Assembly (NCBI GenBank): GCA_051874735.1
Contig: JBJEGD010000016.1
Coordinates: forward strand, 73,250 to 137,249
Direction of reading: 5' to 3'
DNA length: 64,000 nt
Source of the DNA: Candidatus Bruticola sp.
Lineage (GTDB): Bacteria; Vulcanimicrobiota; Xenobia; Xenobiales; Xenobiaceae
Below are positions 47,179 to 56,600 of this stretch, piece after piece. The translations under genes were made by a program, and so were the position numbers. The notes under the pieces are model-generated. The model was not told the origin of the DNA and did not search any database. It worked only from the letters and a program-made list of their open reading frames with translations. How positions within the stretch are numbered: the stretch's first letter is position 1; every line of letters starts with the position of its first letter.

Positions 47179-48453
47179 TTATTCTTCACTTTGCTGGAAT
47201 ATAGATGAAGGCAGTTCTTCTAATTTAACGCTGATCTCTTTTTCTGTTCCGTCACGCCACAATTTCACTGTTGCTATAGAACCTACTTTGAGCGAGCGCA
47301 CAAAGGCTTGAAGATCGGCAGCATTAGAAGTTTCAGTGCCATTAATGCTAACAATTACGTCGTTACTCTTAATACCGCTCTTGTTAGCCGGGCCTCCTTG
47401 GAGGACGCGGCCGACAATAACGCCTTTAATGTTGCTGTCTAATCCCAGATAACTCCTAGCCGGTTGAGTTAAATCGGCCATTTCAATGCCCAGATAAGGG
47501 CGTGATACTCTGCCGTGGGCGCGCAGTTCTTTCATAACTGTATAAGCCGTTTCGGCAGGAATAGCGAAGCCTATGCCTTGAGCAGAACGTATAATTGCCG
47601 TATTGATACCTATAACTTCACCTTTAAGATTGATCAGCGGGCCTCCTGAGTTGCCGGGATTAATAGCTGCATCTGTTTGCAGCAGGTTGCGCAGGTCGAC
47701 ATTGCTGTCGCTTAGAGTTCTATTTCTGGCTGAAAGAATGCCTAAAGTAGCAGTTTGGCCTACTCCCAAGGGATTTCCTAAAGCAATGACCCAATCGCCG
47801 ATGCGCATGGTATTAGAATTTGTTAAGGAAGCGGTAGGGAAGCTGCGCTCTTTAGTCTGAATGCTCAGGATTGCTAAGTCGGAGACAGGATCAGTACCAA
47901 TGATTGAGGCGTTATGCTGACTCTTATCGCTCAAAGTTACCTTAATAGATTTGGCTCCTTTGACTACGTGATTATTCGTAAGTACAATGCCGTCTTGGCT
48001 GACTATAATGCCAGTGCCCATACCACGAGGAATTTCTTGAATTTGGTAATCAAAAGGATCAACAAAACCGAAACCATGGGTATTATAAACTCTGGTGGTC
48101 ATAGTCGTATCTATATTGACTACTGCAGGAGCCACCTTAGCGACAGCATCAGCCACAGCACTGCTCCCTTGTGGCATGGCCACACTGGATTTATTATGGT
48201 AATTTATATTGAAATCTGAAGATTTTTTATCTGCATTTTGGTCTTTACCAGAAGTAGGTACTGAAGTTTCAGATTCTGCAGTTGCAGTACGTTCTGCTTC
48301 GGTTTTTTCTCTGTCAATCTTGAGAGAAGAGTTGTTGGCATACATTATTATAAAAACTAAGAAAGCGCCTATAAATACACCGGCAATTCCACATATAACA
48401 GTAATTGCCGTATTGCCGTGCAAATTCTTTTTTATATTGTTGCTCATATTCAA
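47179..48453 (-). CDS. htrA: HtrA/DegP-family serine protease, membrane-anchored, one PDZ domain
   Basis: TNNHVV, DLA, QTDAAINPGNSGGPL, PDZ. Confidence 0.95.
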   Translation of the reverse strand: MNMSNNIKKNLHGNTAITVICGIAGVFIGAFLVFIIMYANNSSLKIDREKTEAERTATAESETSVPTSGKDQNADKKSSDFNINYHNKSSVAMPQGSSAVADAVAKVAPAVVNIDTTMTTRVYNTHGFGFVDPFDYQIQEIPRGMGTGIIVSQDGIVLTNNHVVKGAKSIKVTLSDKSQHNASIIGTDPVSDLAILSIQTKERSFPTASLTNSNTMRIGDWVIALGNPLGVGQTATLGILSARNRTLSDSNVDLRNLLQTDAAINPGNSGGPLINLKGEVIGINTAIIRSAQGIGFAIPAETAYTVMKELRAHGRVSRPYLGIEMADLTQPARSYLGLDSNIKGVIVGRVLQGGPANKSGIKSNDVIVSINGTETSNAADLQAFVRSLKVGSIATVKLWRDGTEKEISVKLEELPSSIFQQSEE

Positions 48454-48524
48454 CCTTTCACTGCGTCCGAAACTGCCTCTGTAAGATGGCTTAAGAGTTA
48501 GTCCATGTTTGAAAAGTAAGCTTT

Positions 48525-48890
48525 TTACTCTTTCTCTTCAGCATCCGGAGCGTAAACAATAGGAGCGGACTTCCACATACCCTCTAAATTGTAAAAGCTG
48601 CGCTCGCCAGTGATAAATAAGTGGACTATTACAGAACTGTAGTCCATTAAAGTCCAGGCGTTGTCATTCTTACCCTGTATAGACTTCGGTTCAATTCCCT
48701 GTTCTGAAAGAGCTTTGTCAATGTTTTCTGCAATATCTCGCAACTGGTTTCGGGTAGGGGCATCGCAGATTACGAAATAGTCGCATAGTACTGAATCTTT
48801 GCTCATATCTAAAACTAAGGTATCTTTGCCTAATTTTTGGTAGCAGATATCGGCTATAGCTTTAGCCATGTCTAAGGAATTTGCAAACAT
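48525..48890 (-). CDS. rsfS: Ribosome silencing factor RsfS (Iojap)
   Basis: CDYFVIC, WTLMDYSSVIVHLF, RSFYNLEGMW. Confidence 0.93.
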   Translation of the reverse strand: MFANSLDMAKAIADICYQKLGKDTLVLDMSKDSVLCDYFVICDAPTRNQLRDIAENIDKALSEQGIEPKSIQGKNDNAWTLMDYSSVIVHLFITGERSFYNLEGMWKSAPIVYAPDAEEKE

Positions 48891-48929
48891 GTTAATTTAT
48901 ACAACCTCATTATTAAAAACTTAGCGAAT

Positions 48930-49120
48930 GTTAAAATCAAACTGCTAAAACTAACTCTTAGTTTTAGTTTTTACCAGTTTAGTTCAGCTTGAGGCATAAT
49001 AGTCAACCACTAAACCGGATTTAGCGACGGAAGAGCGGCCCTTGGTTAGAAAGTCACTCGGCTCTTTCAGCTGTTTAATAAAAAGAGCCCAATTCGATCT
49101 TACATCCCGATATTAAAAAC
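48930..49120 (-). ncRNA. Candidate structured leader RNA upstream of rsfS (family not recognised)
   Basis: Three hairpins plus a closing helix between a sigma70-like promoter and the rsfS RBS. Confidence 0.35.
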
Positions 49121-49127
49121 TCGTAGA

Positions 49128-49156
49128 ATGATAGAAAAAAAACTGCTTATTGTCAA
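49128..49156 (-). promoter_or_regulatory. Sigma70-type promoter for rsfS-htrA
   Basis: TTGACA (49156-49151), 17-nt spacer, TATCAT (49133-49128). Confidence 0.65.
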
Positions 49157-49259
49157 ACAAAGCCCACCTTAAACTTCTGATATATAAGCTATATCTTCCT
49201 CTTTTAGCTCACAAAATGGGGGCGCATAAACCGAATGACTTGCATTTAACATTATTATA

Positions 49260-49409
49260 TTAGGCAGAGGGCCATAGTAGCAGCACTAGTCCGGTAACTC
49301 CGAAAACCATAGCTGCAACTACCAAGGACATAGGACTGCTCTGTTGGGGAATGCTCGGCAGTTCATCGGTGCTTATTTCATTGCTCGAATTGAATGCGGT
49401 ATCAATCAC
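49260..49409 (-). CDS. Unannotated 49-aa protein with C-terminal TM helix
   Basis: GGGAG RBS and GTG start; MIDTAFNSSNEISTDELPSIPQQSSPMSLVVAAMVFGVTGLVLLLWPSA. Confidence 0.6.
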   Translation of the reverse strand: MIDTAFNSSNEISTDELPSIPQQSSPMSLVVAAMVFGVTGLVLLLWPSA

Positions 49410-49501
49410 TTTTATAAGCTCCCAATAAATAAAATTTCTTTTCAGTTAAAGCTTGGCTAACCGAAATTGTTCTTCCGGAACCTCACACATAAATTTAATT
49501 T

Positions 49502-51181
49502 TTAAGAAATAAACGGGTTTCTTCCTCCGGTCAGTACAATCTCCGCCAGAGCTTCGCGGATCATGATGATCAATTCTTCATCAGAGTTAGGTATAAATAT
49601 TTGAATAGCTCCAGAAATAGCAGAGGTTTGGCTGCGCTCTGAGGCTTCCAAAAGAACAGCGGAAATATCTTTTCCGCCAGGGAGACTGCGGAGCTTCTTC
49701 AAGGCCTGTTGATTGCCTCCGTCGAGGTCATTGAATTCCATCATGACTAAATCGAATCTTGCATAAGAGGCTATTTCTAACAGTTCATTTACTGTAGAAG
49801 CATAGATAATATTGAAGCCTTCATTTTCCAAAACTTGACGCAGGAACGGATATGAATCTTCAGCCCCTCCTGTGGCTATGAGAGCCGTCTTTCCTGCCCC
49901 CATGCGGCTGAGTTTATTCACATATTCAAGTTGAGAAGTATTTAGTTCTCCGCCTTGACTGAGGCTGTATTCGTTTTGAAAAGATATAAAGGAATTATTT
50001 TGCTTATCCTGCGAGGTATTGGCTGGGGCAGAGGGGGAAGAAATAGGTTTGGGGGGTGGTACCGGTGCAGCCATAGCAATGACAGTTTCCGATTCAGGCA
50101 ATATACGATTTTTATAATATTGCGGAGCTGAAGAAGCAGATAAATCTGGACTTATCTGACTTGAAGTTTGGCCTTTAACCGGAATATCACCGATAGTGGG
50201 ACACGAACCTACATCGAGATGCTCGGAATCATGAACCCGTTTTTGTAGAGCCTCTTCGGTAGCACTTAAAGTGCGCATATGACGTACTAACTCGTTCACG
50301 CTCATAGTAAGTTGGCCTAACTCATCGATATCTTCAACTTGGGCCTGTCCTTCAGACTCTCCCGACAGCACGCCATCTATGAAATTGCGCAGTGACTGCA
50401 CGCGCAGTCTTTTGTTCTCCGATTCTAATTTTGAAGAAGATATAATATTTTGAATATATTCAGCCAGACGGTTTAAGCGCGAAGCCGTCAAACCGATTTC
50501 ATCGAGCCGGTTCTCATCAGCTCTGACTTCTAATTTTCCCTGAGCCATTTTATCGGCTGCTTCAGCCAAATTCAGGAGAGGATTGCCGTAAAAATAAGAT
50601 ATAAAGGCAGTAAATCCTAACGCGCCGGAGATGAGGACGCAAACTAAACCTGCCAACTGTATTTTTAAGCTGCTAAAAGCTGAATTGAGTTCTTCTGCCG
50701 AAATGTAAACTCGAACTACTCCCAAACTGGTATCTGCAGAACGTATAGGTACGCTGCTGACAGCACAAAGCATATTGTTAAAAATTTCCAAATTGCTTTG
50801 AGCCATGGTCAACCCCAAAGCTCGGCGCGAATTCTCATCGTTCTTGATTGTGCCTAGCTCCGATATTATAGAGCCGGCTTTGACTTTTCCTGAACTGTCG
50901 AGCACTTCCAAAGCTACAACGTTGCGCTGTTCAGCTAAACGAGCTATGTTTCTTTTTAAAAGAACAGATTTGGCAGAATCGTTAGGATTGGAAAGAGCGT
51001 CGATGCTCATTAAAGCCAAAGACTCTCCCAGCGATTCGCTTCTCATAGTAATAGAACGGGTCAGAGAGAGTTTTTCACCGCCTTTTATGACGGCAAAACA
51101 GAACAAAGCAAAAAGCACTGTAAGGGGAAGCAGCGCTAAAAGCATTTTAATTTTCAGCGAAAAAAACTTATTTACAGGCAT
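49502..51181 (-). CDS. Membrane sensor-like protein: TM, extracytoplasmic domain, TM, HAMP, HAMP-like, Pro linker, pseudo-receiver
   Basis: PLLNLAEAADKMAQG...DEIGLTASRLNRL, a second DELGQLTMSVNEL, and a C-terminal CheY-like pattern with FDLVMME. Confidence 0.75.
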   Translation of the reverse strand: MPVNKFFSLKIKMLLALLPLTVLFALFCFAVIKGGEKLSLTRSITMRSESLGESLALMSIDALSNPNDSAKSVLLKRNIARLAEQRNVVALEVLDSSGKVKAGSIISELGTIKNDENSRRALGLTMAQSNLEIFNNMLCAVSSVPIRSADTSLGVVRVYISAEELNSAFSSLKIQLAGLVCVLISGALGFTAFISYFYGNPLLNLAEAADKMAQGKLEVRADENRLDEIGLTASRLNRLAEYIQNIISSSKLESENKRLRVQSLRNFIDGVLSGESEGQAQVEDIDELGQLTMSVNELVRHMRTLSATEEALQKRVHDSEHLDVGSCPTIGDIPVKGQTSSQISPDLSASSAPQYYKNRILPESETVIAMAAPVPPPKPISSPSAPANTSQDKQNNSFISFQNEYSLSQGGELNTSQLEYVNKLSRMGAGKTALIATGGAEDSYPFLRQVLENEGFNIIYASTVNELLEIASYARFDLVMMEFNDLDGGNQQALKKLRSLPGGKDISAVLLEASERSQTSAISGAIQIFIPNSDEELIIMIREALAEIVLTGGRNPFIS

Positions 51182-51443
51182 GATAACGTTCCGCAGTAAT
51201 TCTAGCTGTATATCGAAAAGCCTACAAAGTTATCTGACAATGTTGTTTATGAGAGTTTGATAATTACTTTACATACGGTAAAAATTGCGCTAAATTCAAG
51301 CGTATTTAGATCGTATTTTTCGTGTTCTGAACATTTTAATGCAGCTAAGTTTTGTTGAGTTTGAGGCCGCAGTAAAACGTGGGAAGGGCTGCTGAAAACG
51401 TCTCAGAGAAGTTGCAGTTTATCAAGTTTTTAAGGTGATTGTT

Positions 51444-54389
51444 GTGAGTTTTTGTAAAAAAGGTACTGAAGAAAATGAAAAAAAAATTATTAACGCTCAG
51501 AGCGGCAGAACTCTAGAATTTAATCAGGTACTCGATATTATAGCTGGATACGCTCATTGGGGGCCAGCGGCCGATATTGTAAGAAATCTGCACCCTCTAG
51601 ACGATTTAGAAGATGTACATATGCGCCAGTTGGAAATGGAAGAGGCTGTGCGCTTGAACAAAGATAGGGAATATAATCTTTATACAGACAATTTAGGAGA
51701 CGTCAAATCGTTTATAAAAGCTTCCAAGCGCCACAAAACGCTTCAGCCTGCTGAGCTGCTGAGTGTTTTTCATTTAGCTCAGTTGTCGCGTCAGATAGGA
51801 ACTTTTCTGCGTGCCCGTAGTCAAGATTATCCTATTTTGAGTGATAAGGCCTTGCGCTTAGGACAGTTCCGTGACATTGAAAAACAAGTGGCTAAAGCTA
51901 TAACTCCTGATGGGGAAATTTCACCTAACGCCACGCCTAATTTAGCGCGGTTGCGTCAGGAATTAGCTGCGGCCAGGGCTTCAGTAGAAGAGCGGCTCCA
52001 CGATTTTCTGCGCAATTCGGAATATTCGCGCATGATTCAGGATGCAGTAATCTCTTCCCGCTTTGGACGGCAAGTTATCCCCATTAAAGCGGAATACCGA
52101 GGCCATTTCCCCGGTATTGTTATTGATCAGTCTGCTAGTGGGGCTACCTTATTTATGGAACCCCTGGCGCTAGTAGAACTTAGCAACTTGAGTCGTACTA
52201 AAGCTTTGGCTGAGGCAGCTGAAATAGAACGCATTTTACAAAGTTTAACTGAACTTGTTGGAGCCAACAATCGCTCTTTAGCCGACAGTTTGGAAGAACT
52301 GGCTTGGTTAGAAGCTTTGCAGGCGATGGCTAAATATGCCGATCGCACTCATTCGGTCTTGCCGCAGATAAAAGAAAAAACTCCTATGCTGATTTCCTCA
52401 GCTAGGCATCCACTTTTAATTGAGAGCTTGGGCGATAAGGTGGTGCCCATGACTTTCGATTTAGAAACTAACCGCACTCTGATAATTACTGGTCCTAACA
52501 CCGGTGGAAAAACGGTAGCTTTAAAAACTATCGGTTTGATGGTTATGATGGCCATGTCCGGTCTGCCGATTCCGGCTGATGAATCAAGCTGCTTGCCTTT
52601 CTTTGAGCAAATATGGGCAGAAATTGGCGATGATCAGAGCATTATGCAAAATCTTTCCACTTTTTCTGCTCATATTAATCAGGTACTGCGCATGATTCCC
52701 CATGCTTCGTCACATACTCTGCTGTTACTTGATGAACTAGGGGCCGGAACTGATCCTGCTGAGGGAGGAGCTTTGGCAGAAGCTGTTCTGGAATATTTCC
52801 ATGCCAAAGGAGCTGTTACTGTAGTTACTACTCATTTGTCTGAACTTAAGAATTTTGCCTCTCAGCGTGAAGGCATGAATAACGCGGCTGTGGAGTTTGA
52901 TAGTGAAACCTTAGCACCTACTTTTCGTGTTATTATGGGAGTTCCAGGACGCTCTAACGCTTTGAAAATTGCCAGCCGTTTGGGACTTCCAGCCGAAATA
53001 GAACACAGAGCTATGGAACTTTTGGGCGGCAGCAGCATGCAGGTTGAGGGACTGCTCGGAGAACTTGATAAAGAACGTGAAATCAATGAGCGTCTGGCCA
53101 AACGCCTTCGCGATCAGCTGTCTCAAGTAGGGCGTCTGCGTTCAGCTTATGAGCAAAAGGTAGAAAAAGCTCAACAGGAATGCGCAGATATGATCGCCAA
53201 AGTTACAAAAGATACTGCTGAGTTAGTAGAGTCGTCGCGTCGTCGCTTGCGCGGATTAACTGGAAGTGTTCGCAGGCGTCTATCTCAGCTTTCTAGTGTG
53301 CGTCGCCAGTCTATTGTTGAATTGCGCCGAGCTGCTTCGGAACTAGGCCACGCTCTAGTCAATTTTGAAGCTTTGGAAGAACTAGTCGCCTTGAGTCCCG
53401 TCGCTTCTGATGCTCTGGCTAAGGCTTTGAGCGAAACTATCGCTTACAAAAAAGATCATCAGACTTCCTCTTTAACTAACACTTCTGCTTCAACTGAAGA
53501 GTCTTCTGATTTGTATGCTGGCTCCAGTCTTTCATCAAGTTCAGAGAACGATAGATTAAAATTGGAAGTAGCGTTAGAAGATATAGGCTCTTATGTTTCG
53601 GAGACTCCTGACCAAGTCGGAAACAAGGTCTCTAAATTAGATCGTCTGGATCAGTATGTCCGAGAACAGGCCCAAACTACTGAGGGGTATCTCGATGATC
53701 TGGATGCTAAAGTTAAGGCTCTGAAAAATAGTGCTCCTAAAGTTCCTGGTCACGTTAAATTGAATGAACGCCTTAAGCATACCGCTGCTCAAGCTTTAGA
53801 AATCAGCTTGTCAGCCGATCCTACGGCCGCTGTTAGTGAAAGCAAAGTTATTGGGGCAAAATTAGCTGATGAATTGGGATTAGAAGGCTTCAGTAGTCAG
53901 GAAGATGAAAGTTTGCAGGAAAGTGAAGAAGTAAAAACTGTCAACCTTCCTTTAGAAGTGGGATCTCATGTGTTTGTGCCCCGCTATGGTCAAGACGGCA
54001 CAGTTCTTTCTCTGTCTGACAAGAAAGCTGAGGTGCAGATCGGGGTTATCCGTATCAAGGTTAAAAAAGAAGATCTGCAGGTTTTAGCTCCAGAAGAAAA
54101 GAGTGAGGTAGGCTCTATTCCCAGAGGAGGCAGTATGACTATGCTTTCCAGCCGCCTCGATTTACATGGTAAAAATGTCGACGAAGCACTTTGGGAATTG
54201 GGAGCTAAAATCGATGACGCTTTTATGAGCGGTCTGCATCAGCTCGAAATTATTCATGGCAAAGGTACAGGCACTTTGCGTAAAGCTGTAACTGAGTATA
54301 TAAAAGATCACCCTTCGGTAGCTTCTTACCGCATTGGCAAAGCTTATGAAGGAGGTATAGGGGCAACCATTATAACTTTGAATAATTAA
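51444..54389 (+). CDS. mutS2: Endonuclease MutS2 with expanded linker
   Basis: DQSASGATLFMEP, ITGPNTGGKT, LSTFSAH, LDELGAGTDP, KOW-like domain, Smr LDLHG...IIHGKGTG; start uncertain (GTG 51444 after AAGGTGA). Confidence 0.95.
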   Translation: MSFCKKGTEENEKKIINAQSGRTLEFNQVLDIIAGYAHWGPAADIVRNLHPLDDLEDVHMRQLEMEEAVRLNKDREYNLYTDNLGDVKSFIKASKRHKTLQPAELLSVFHLAQLSRQIGTFLRARSQDYPILSDKALRLGQFRDIEKQVAKAITPDGEISPNATPNLARLRQELAAARASVEERLHDFLRNSEYSRMIQDAVISSRFGRQVIPIKAEYRGHFPGIVIDQSASGATLFMEPLALVELSNLSRTKALAEAAEIERILQSLTELVGANNRSLADSLEELAWLEALQAMAKYADRTHSVLPQIKEKTPMLISSARHPLLIESLGDKVVPMTFDLETNRTLIITGPNTGGKTVALKTIGLMVMMAMSGLPIPADESSCLPFFEQIWAEIGDDQSIMQNLSTFSAHINQVLRMIPHASSHTLLLLDELGAGTDPAEGGALAEAVLEYFHAKGAVTVVTTHLSELKNFASQREGMNNAAVEFDSETLAPTFRVIMGVPGRSNALKIASRLGLPAEIEHRAMELLGGSSMQVEGLLGELDKEREINERLAKRLRDQLSQVGRLRSAYEQKVEKAQQECADMIAKVTKDTAELVESSRRRLRGLTGSVRRRLSQLSSVRRQSIVELRRAASELGHALVNFEALEELVALSPVASDALAKALSETIAYKKDHQTSSLTNTSASTEESSDLYAGSSLSSSSENDRLKLEVALEDIGSYVSETPDQVGNKVSKLDRLDQYVREQAQTTEGYLDDLDAKVKALKNSAPKVPGHVKLNERLKHTAAQALEISLSADPTAAVSESKVIGAKLADELGLEGFSSQEDESLQESEEVKTVNLPLEVGSHVFVPRYGQDGTVLSLSDKKAEVQIGVIRIKVKKEDLQVLAPEEKSEVGSIPRGGSMTMLSSRLDLHGKNVDEALWELGAKIDDAFMSGLHQLEIIHGKGTGTLRKAVTEYIKDHPSVASYRIGKAYEGGIGATIITLNN

Positions 54390-54445
54390 TTTTTGTTTTA
54401 TCTGCAATATATGTAGTGTTATACAGATAAATGGCTATTAATTAA

Positions 54446-54486
54446 GGAGCTCATCTGCTTTTAGCATATGCAGCTCTCGTTTTTTA
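54446..54486 (+). terminator. Probable terminator after mutS2
   Basis: GAGCT-CAT-CTGCT...AGCATATG-CAGCTC imperfect stem followed by a T-tract. Confidence 0.5.
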
Positions 54487-54721
54487 ATATGCATTATTCT
54501 ATTGCTGAAGGGCGGTTTGATAAAAAGGATATAAAATAAAATACATATTAAATATAAACAAGTATGCATAATCACTAAAAAAGATTAAATATTTCTTTAT
54601 GTATTATGTTTTTAGTTAGGTGTAAAACTGATACCGGCAGGGGACAAATGCAAAGTAGTTAGAACCTGACACGACTATAAGCAGATTGTTAAGTTATTTA
54701 GAGAGGACCGTTTTTAAGACA

Positions 54722-56305
54722 ATGTTGGAACGTCTGTTGAAGCTATTTAAGCAGATCTTCCGGGTTAAGGGCATAGAGCAGCTGAAACTTGAAGCCGGCT
54801 TAGCTCAGAAGAACGCCCTAAAGCGCGTGTTAAAATTAAAAGATTTAGTCGCTTTCGGAGTTGGAGCTGTAATCGGTTCTGGTATTTTTGTGACCGTTGG
54901 TTTAGCCGCTGCCGGAAGTAGAGATTATGTTGCGGCAGGCCCTGCGGTAATAATTTCTTTTCTTGTTGTATCTTTAGCTTGTCTATTGTGTGTGTTGTGT
55001 TACGCCGAGTTCGCTTCGGTAATTCCTTCGGCAGGTAGCGCCTATACTTATGCCTACGCCAGTTTGGGAGAGTATGTGGCCTGGATTTTAGGATGGAACC
55101 TGATTCTAGAATACGCTGTCGGTAATATCGCCGTAGCTATATCTTGGTCGGGATACTTTGTTTCCATTCTCAAAGGATTCGGTATCAATTTTCCTGCTTG
55201 GTTAGCCGAAAGCTATTTTACAGCTTCTCCAGAAGCTATTGCGGCTGCTCCTGTACTTTTGGGCATTCCCATTATGTGCAATCTGCCCGCTATTCTTATA
55301 GTGGTTGTGCTGACTTGCATCATTGTGCGCGGTATAAAAAGTTCTGCTGGCTTGAATGATTTTTTAGTATTTTTTAAAATTCTCATAGTTCTTGGCGTAG
55401 TTCTGTTAGGTGTAGCTTATGTTCATCCTGGCAACTGGACTCCTTTCTGTCCCAATGGTTGGGCTGGAATTCAAGCTGGAGCCGCTTTAGTATTCTTTGC
55501 TTATATAGGTTTCGATGCTATTACTACTTTAGCTGAAGAAACTGAAAATCCAGGCAGAGATTTACCGTTAGGTATGGTAATTACTTTGGCGATAAGTACT
55601 TTGCTGTATATGGCTGTGGCTGCTGTTTTAACAGGTATGGTTCCTTACACACAATTAGGTACCGCTGAACCAATGGCTACCGCTTTCGCTCTCATCAATA
55701 TGCCGAAGATTTCCGCTTTTATTTCCATAGGCGCTGTAGTGGCTATGACAGCTGTGTTGCTGGTTTTCCAAGTTGCCCAGCCGCGTATTTTCTTCGTGAT
55801 GGCCCGCGATGGTATGATTCCTCAGTTTTTTGCCAAAGTGCATGATAAATTCCGCACTCCTTATATAACTACTTGGGGTACTGCCATTATAGTTGCTGCT
55901 TGTGCCGGTTTTATGGATCTTAGTGTTGTTATTGAGCTTTGCAATATCGGTACGCTATTCGCTTTTATTTTAGTTTGCTTGGGTGTAATTATTATGCGCC
56001 GTCAGCGACCAGAACTTGAGCGTCCTTTTCGTACACCGTTTGTGCCTTGGGTACCAATTGGAGGTATTTTATTCTGTCTGTATTTAATTGCCGGTATGCC
56101 TTCTGTGACTTGGATTCGTTTCTTTGTGTGGATGGTAGTTGGTACCTTTATTTATATGATGTATGGTTATAAGCACAGTACTTTGTTAAAAACTACTCAG
56201 AATGCTGTTAGTGTAGCTGCAGATAGCGGAGCTACAGAGATAGGCGAAATAGCCACTACAGCAAATAAAAGTGCCAAGGTTATAGCTGAATCCTCAGCTA
56301 AATAG
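54722..56305 (+). CDS. APC-family amino acid permease
   Basis: GVGAVIGSGIF, YAEFAS..PSAGSAY, FFAYIGFD, AEET.NP.RDLP, RPFRTP. Confidence 0.93.
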   Translation: MLERLLKLFKQIFRVKGIEQLKLEAGLAQKNALKRVLKLKDLVAFGVGAVIGSGIFVTVGLAAAGSRDYVAAGPAVIISFLVVSLACLLCVLCYAEFASVIPSAGSAYTYAYASLGEYVAWILGWNLILEYAVGNIAVAISWSGYFVSILKGFGINFPAWLAESYFTASPEAIAAAPVLLGIPIMCNLPAILIVVVLTCIIVRGIKSSAGLNDFLVFFKILIVLGVVLLGVAYVHPGNWTPFCPNGWAGIQAGAALVFFAYIGFDAITTLAEETENPGRDLPLGMVITLAISTLLYMAVAAVLTGMVPYTQLGTAEPMATAFALINMPKISAFISIGAVVAMTAVLLVFQVAQPRIFFVMARDGMIPQFFAKVHDKFRTPYITTWGTAIIVAACAGFMDLSVVIELCNIGTLFAFILVCLGVIIMRRQRPELERPFRTPFVPWVPIGGILFCLYLIAGMPSVTWIRFFVWMVVGTFIYMMYGYKHSTLLKTTQNAVSVAADSGATEIGEIATTANKSAKVIAESSAK

Positions 56306-56351
56306 TAAAAACTGTCAGCCGCAGTTTTTATTCTCGCGGTTGTTTAGTCGC

Positions 56352-56406
56352 AATTAAAACAGGCGTTTAATAGCGTTTAAAACGTTACTAAAGGCCTGTT
56401 TTAATT
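56352..56406. terminator. Bidirectional terminator hairpin
   Basis: AATTAAAACAGGC...GCCTGTTTTAATT between convergent genes. Confidence 0.75.
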
Positions 56407-56600
56407 TTTGTAGTTCAACTTCTTTTGTCTGATAGTTTAGAGACTATTAATTTTTTCTTTTTGTAATTCCACATGGAATAGACTCCGGCTGATTGTGAAT
56501 TTATTTCAACCGATGATGGAACGTCCTCGCCTAAAAAATAAAACCAAACCGGTTGTAGGTAAGCTTCAGCCAGTTTGGTTATCTTTTTAGCATTAGACAA

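Noticed and set aside
48891-49120. T-box, tmRNA, 6S, SRP or glycine riboswitch identity for the rsfS leader
   Set aside because: Only fragmentary resemblance (GCTGAAAG, GGGATGT); the diagnostic motifs are missing
54630-54685. TPP riboswitch upstream of the amino acid permease
   Set aside because: GAACCTGA is present but CTGAGA, TAATGC and AGGGAA are absent
56415-56600. 61-aa ORF after the pfkB gene
   Set aside because: TTG start without RBS and no recognisable motif; cannot be supported
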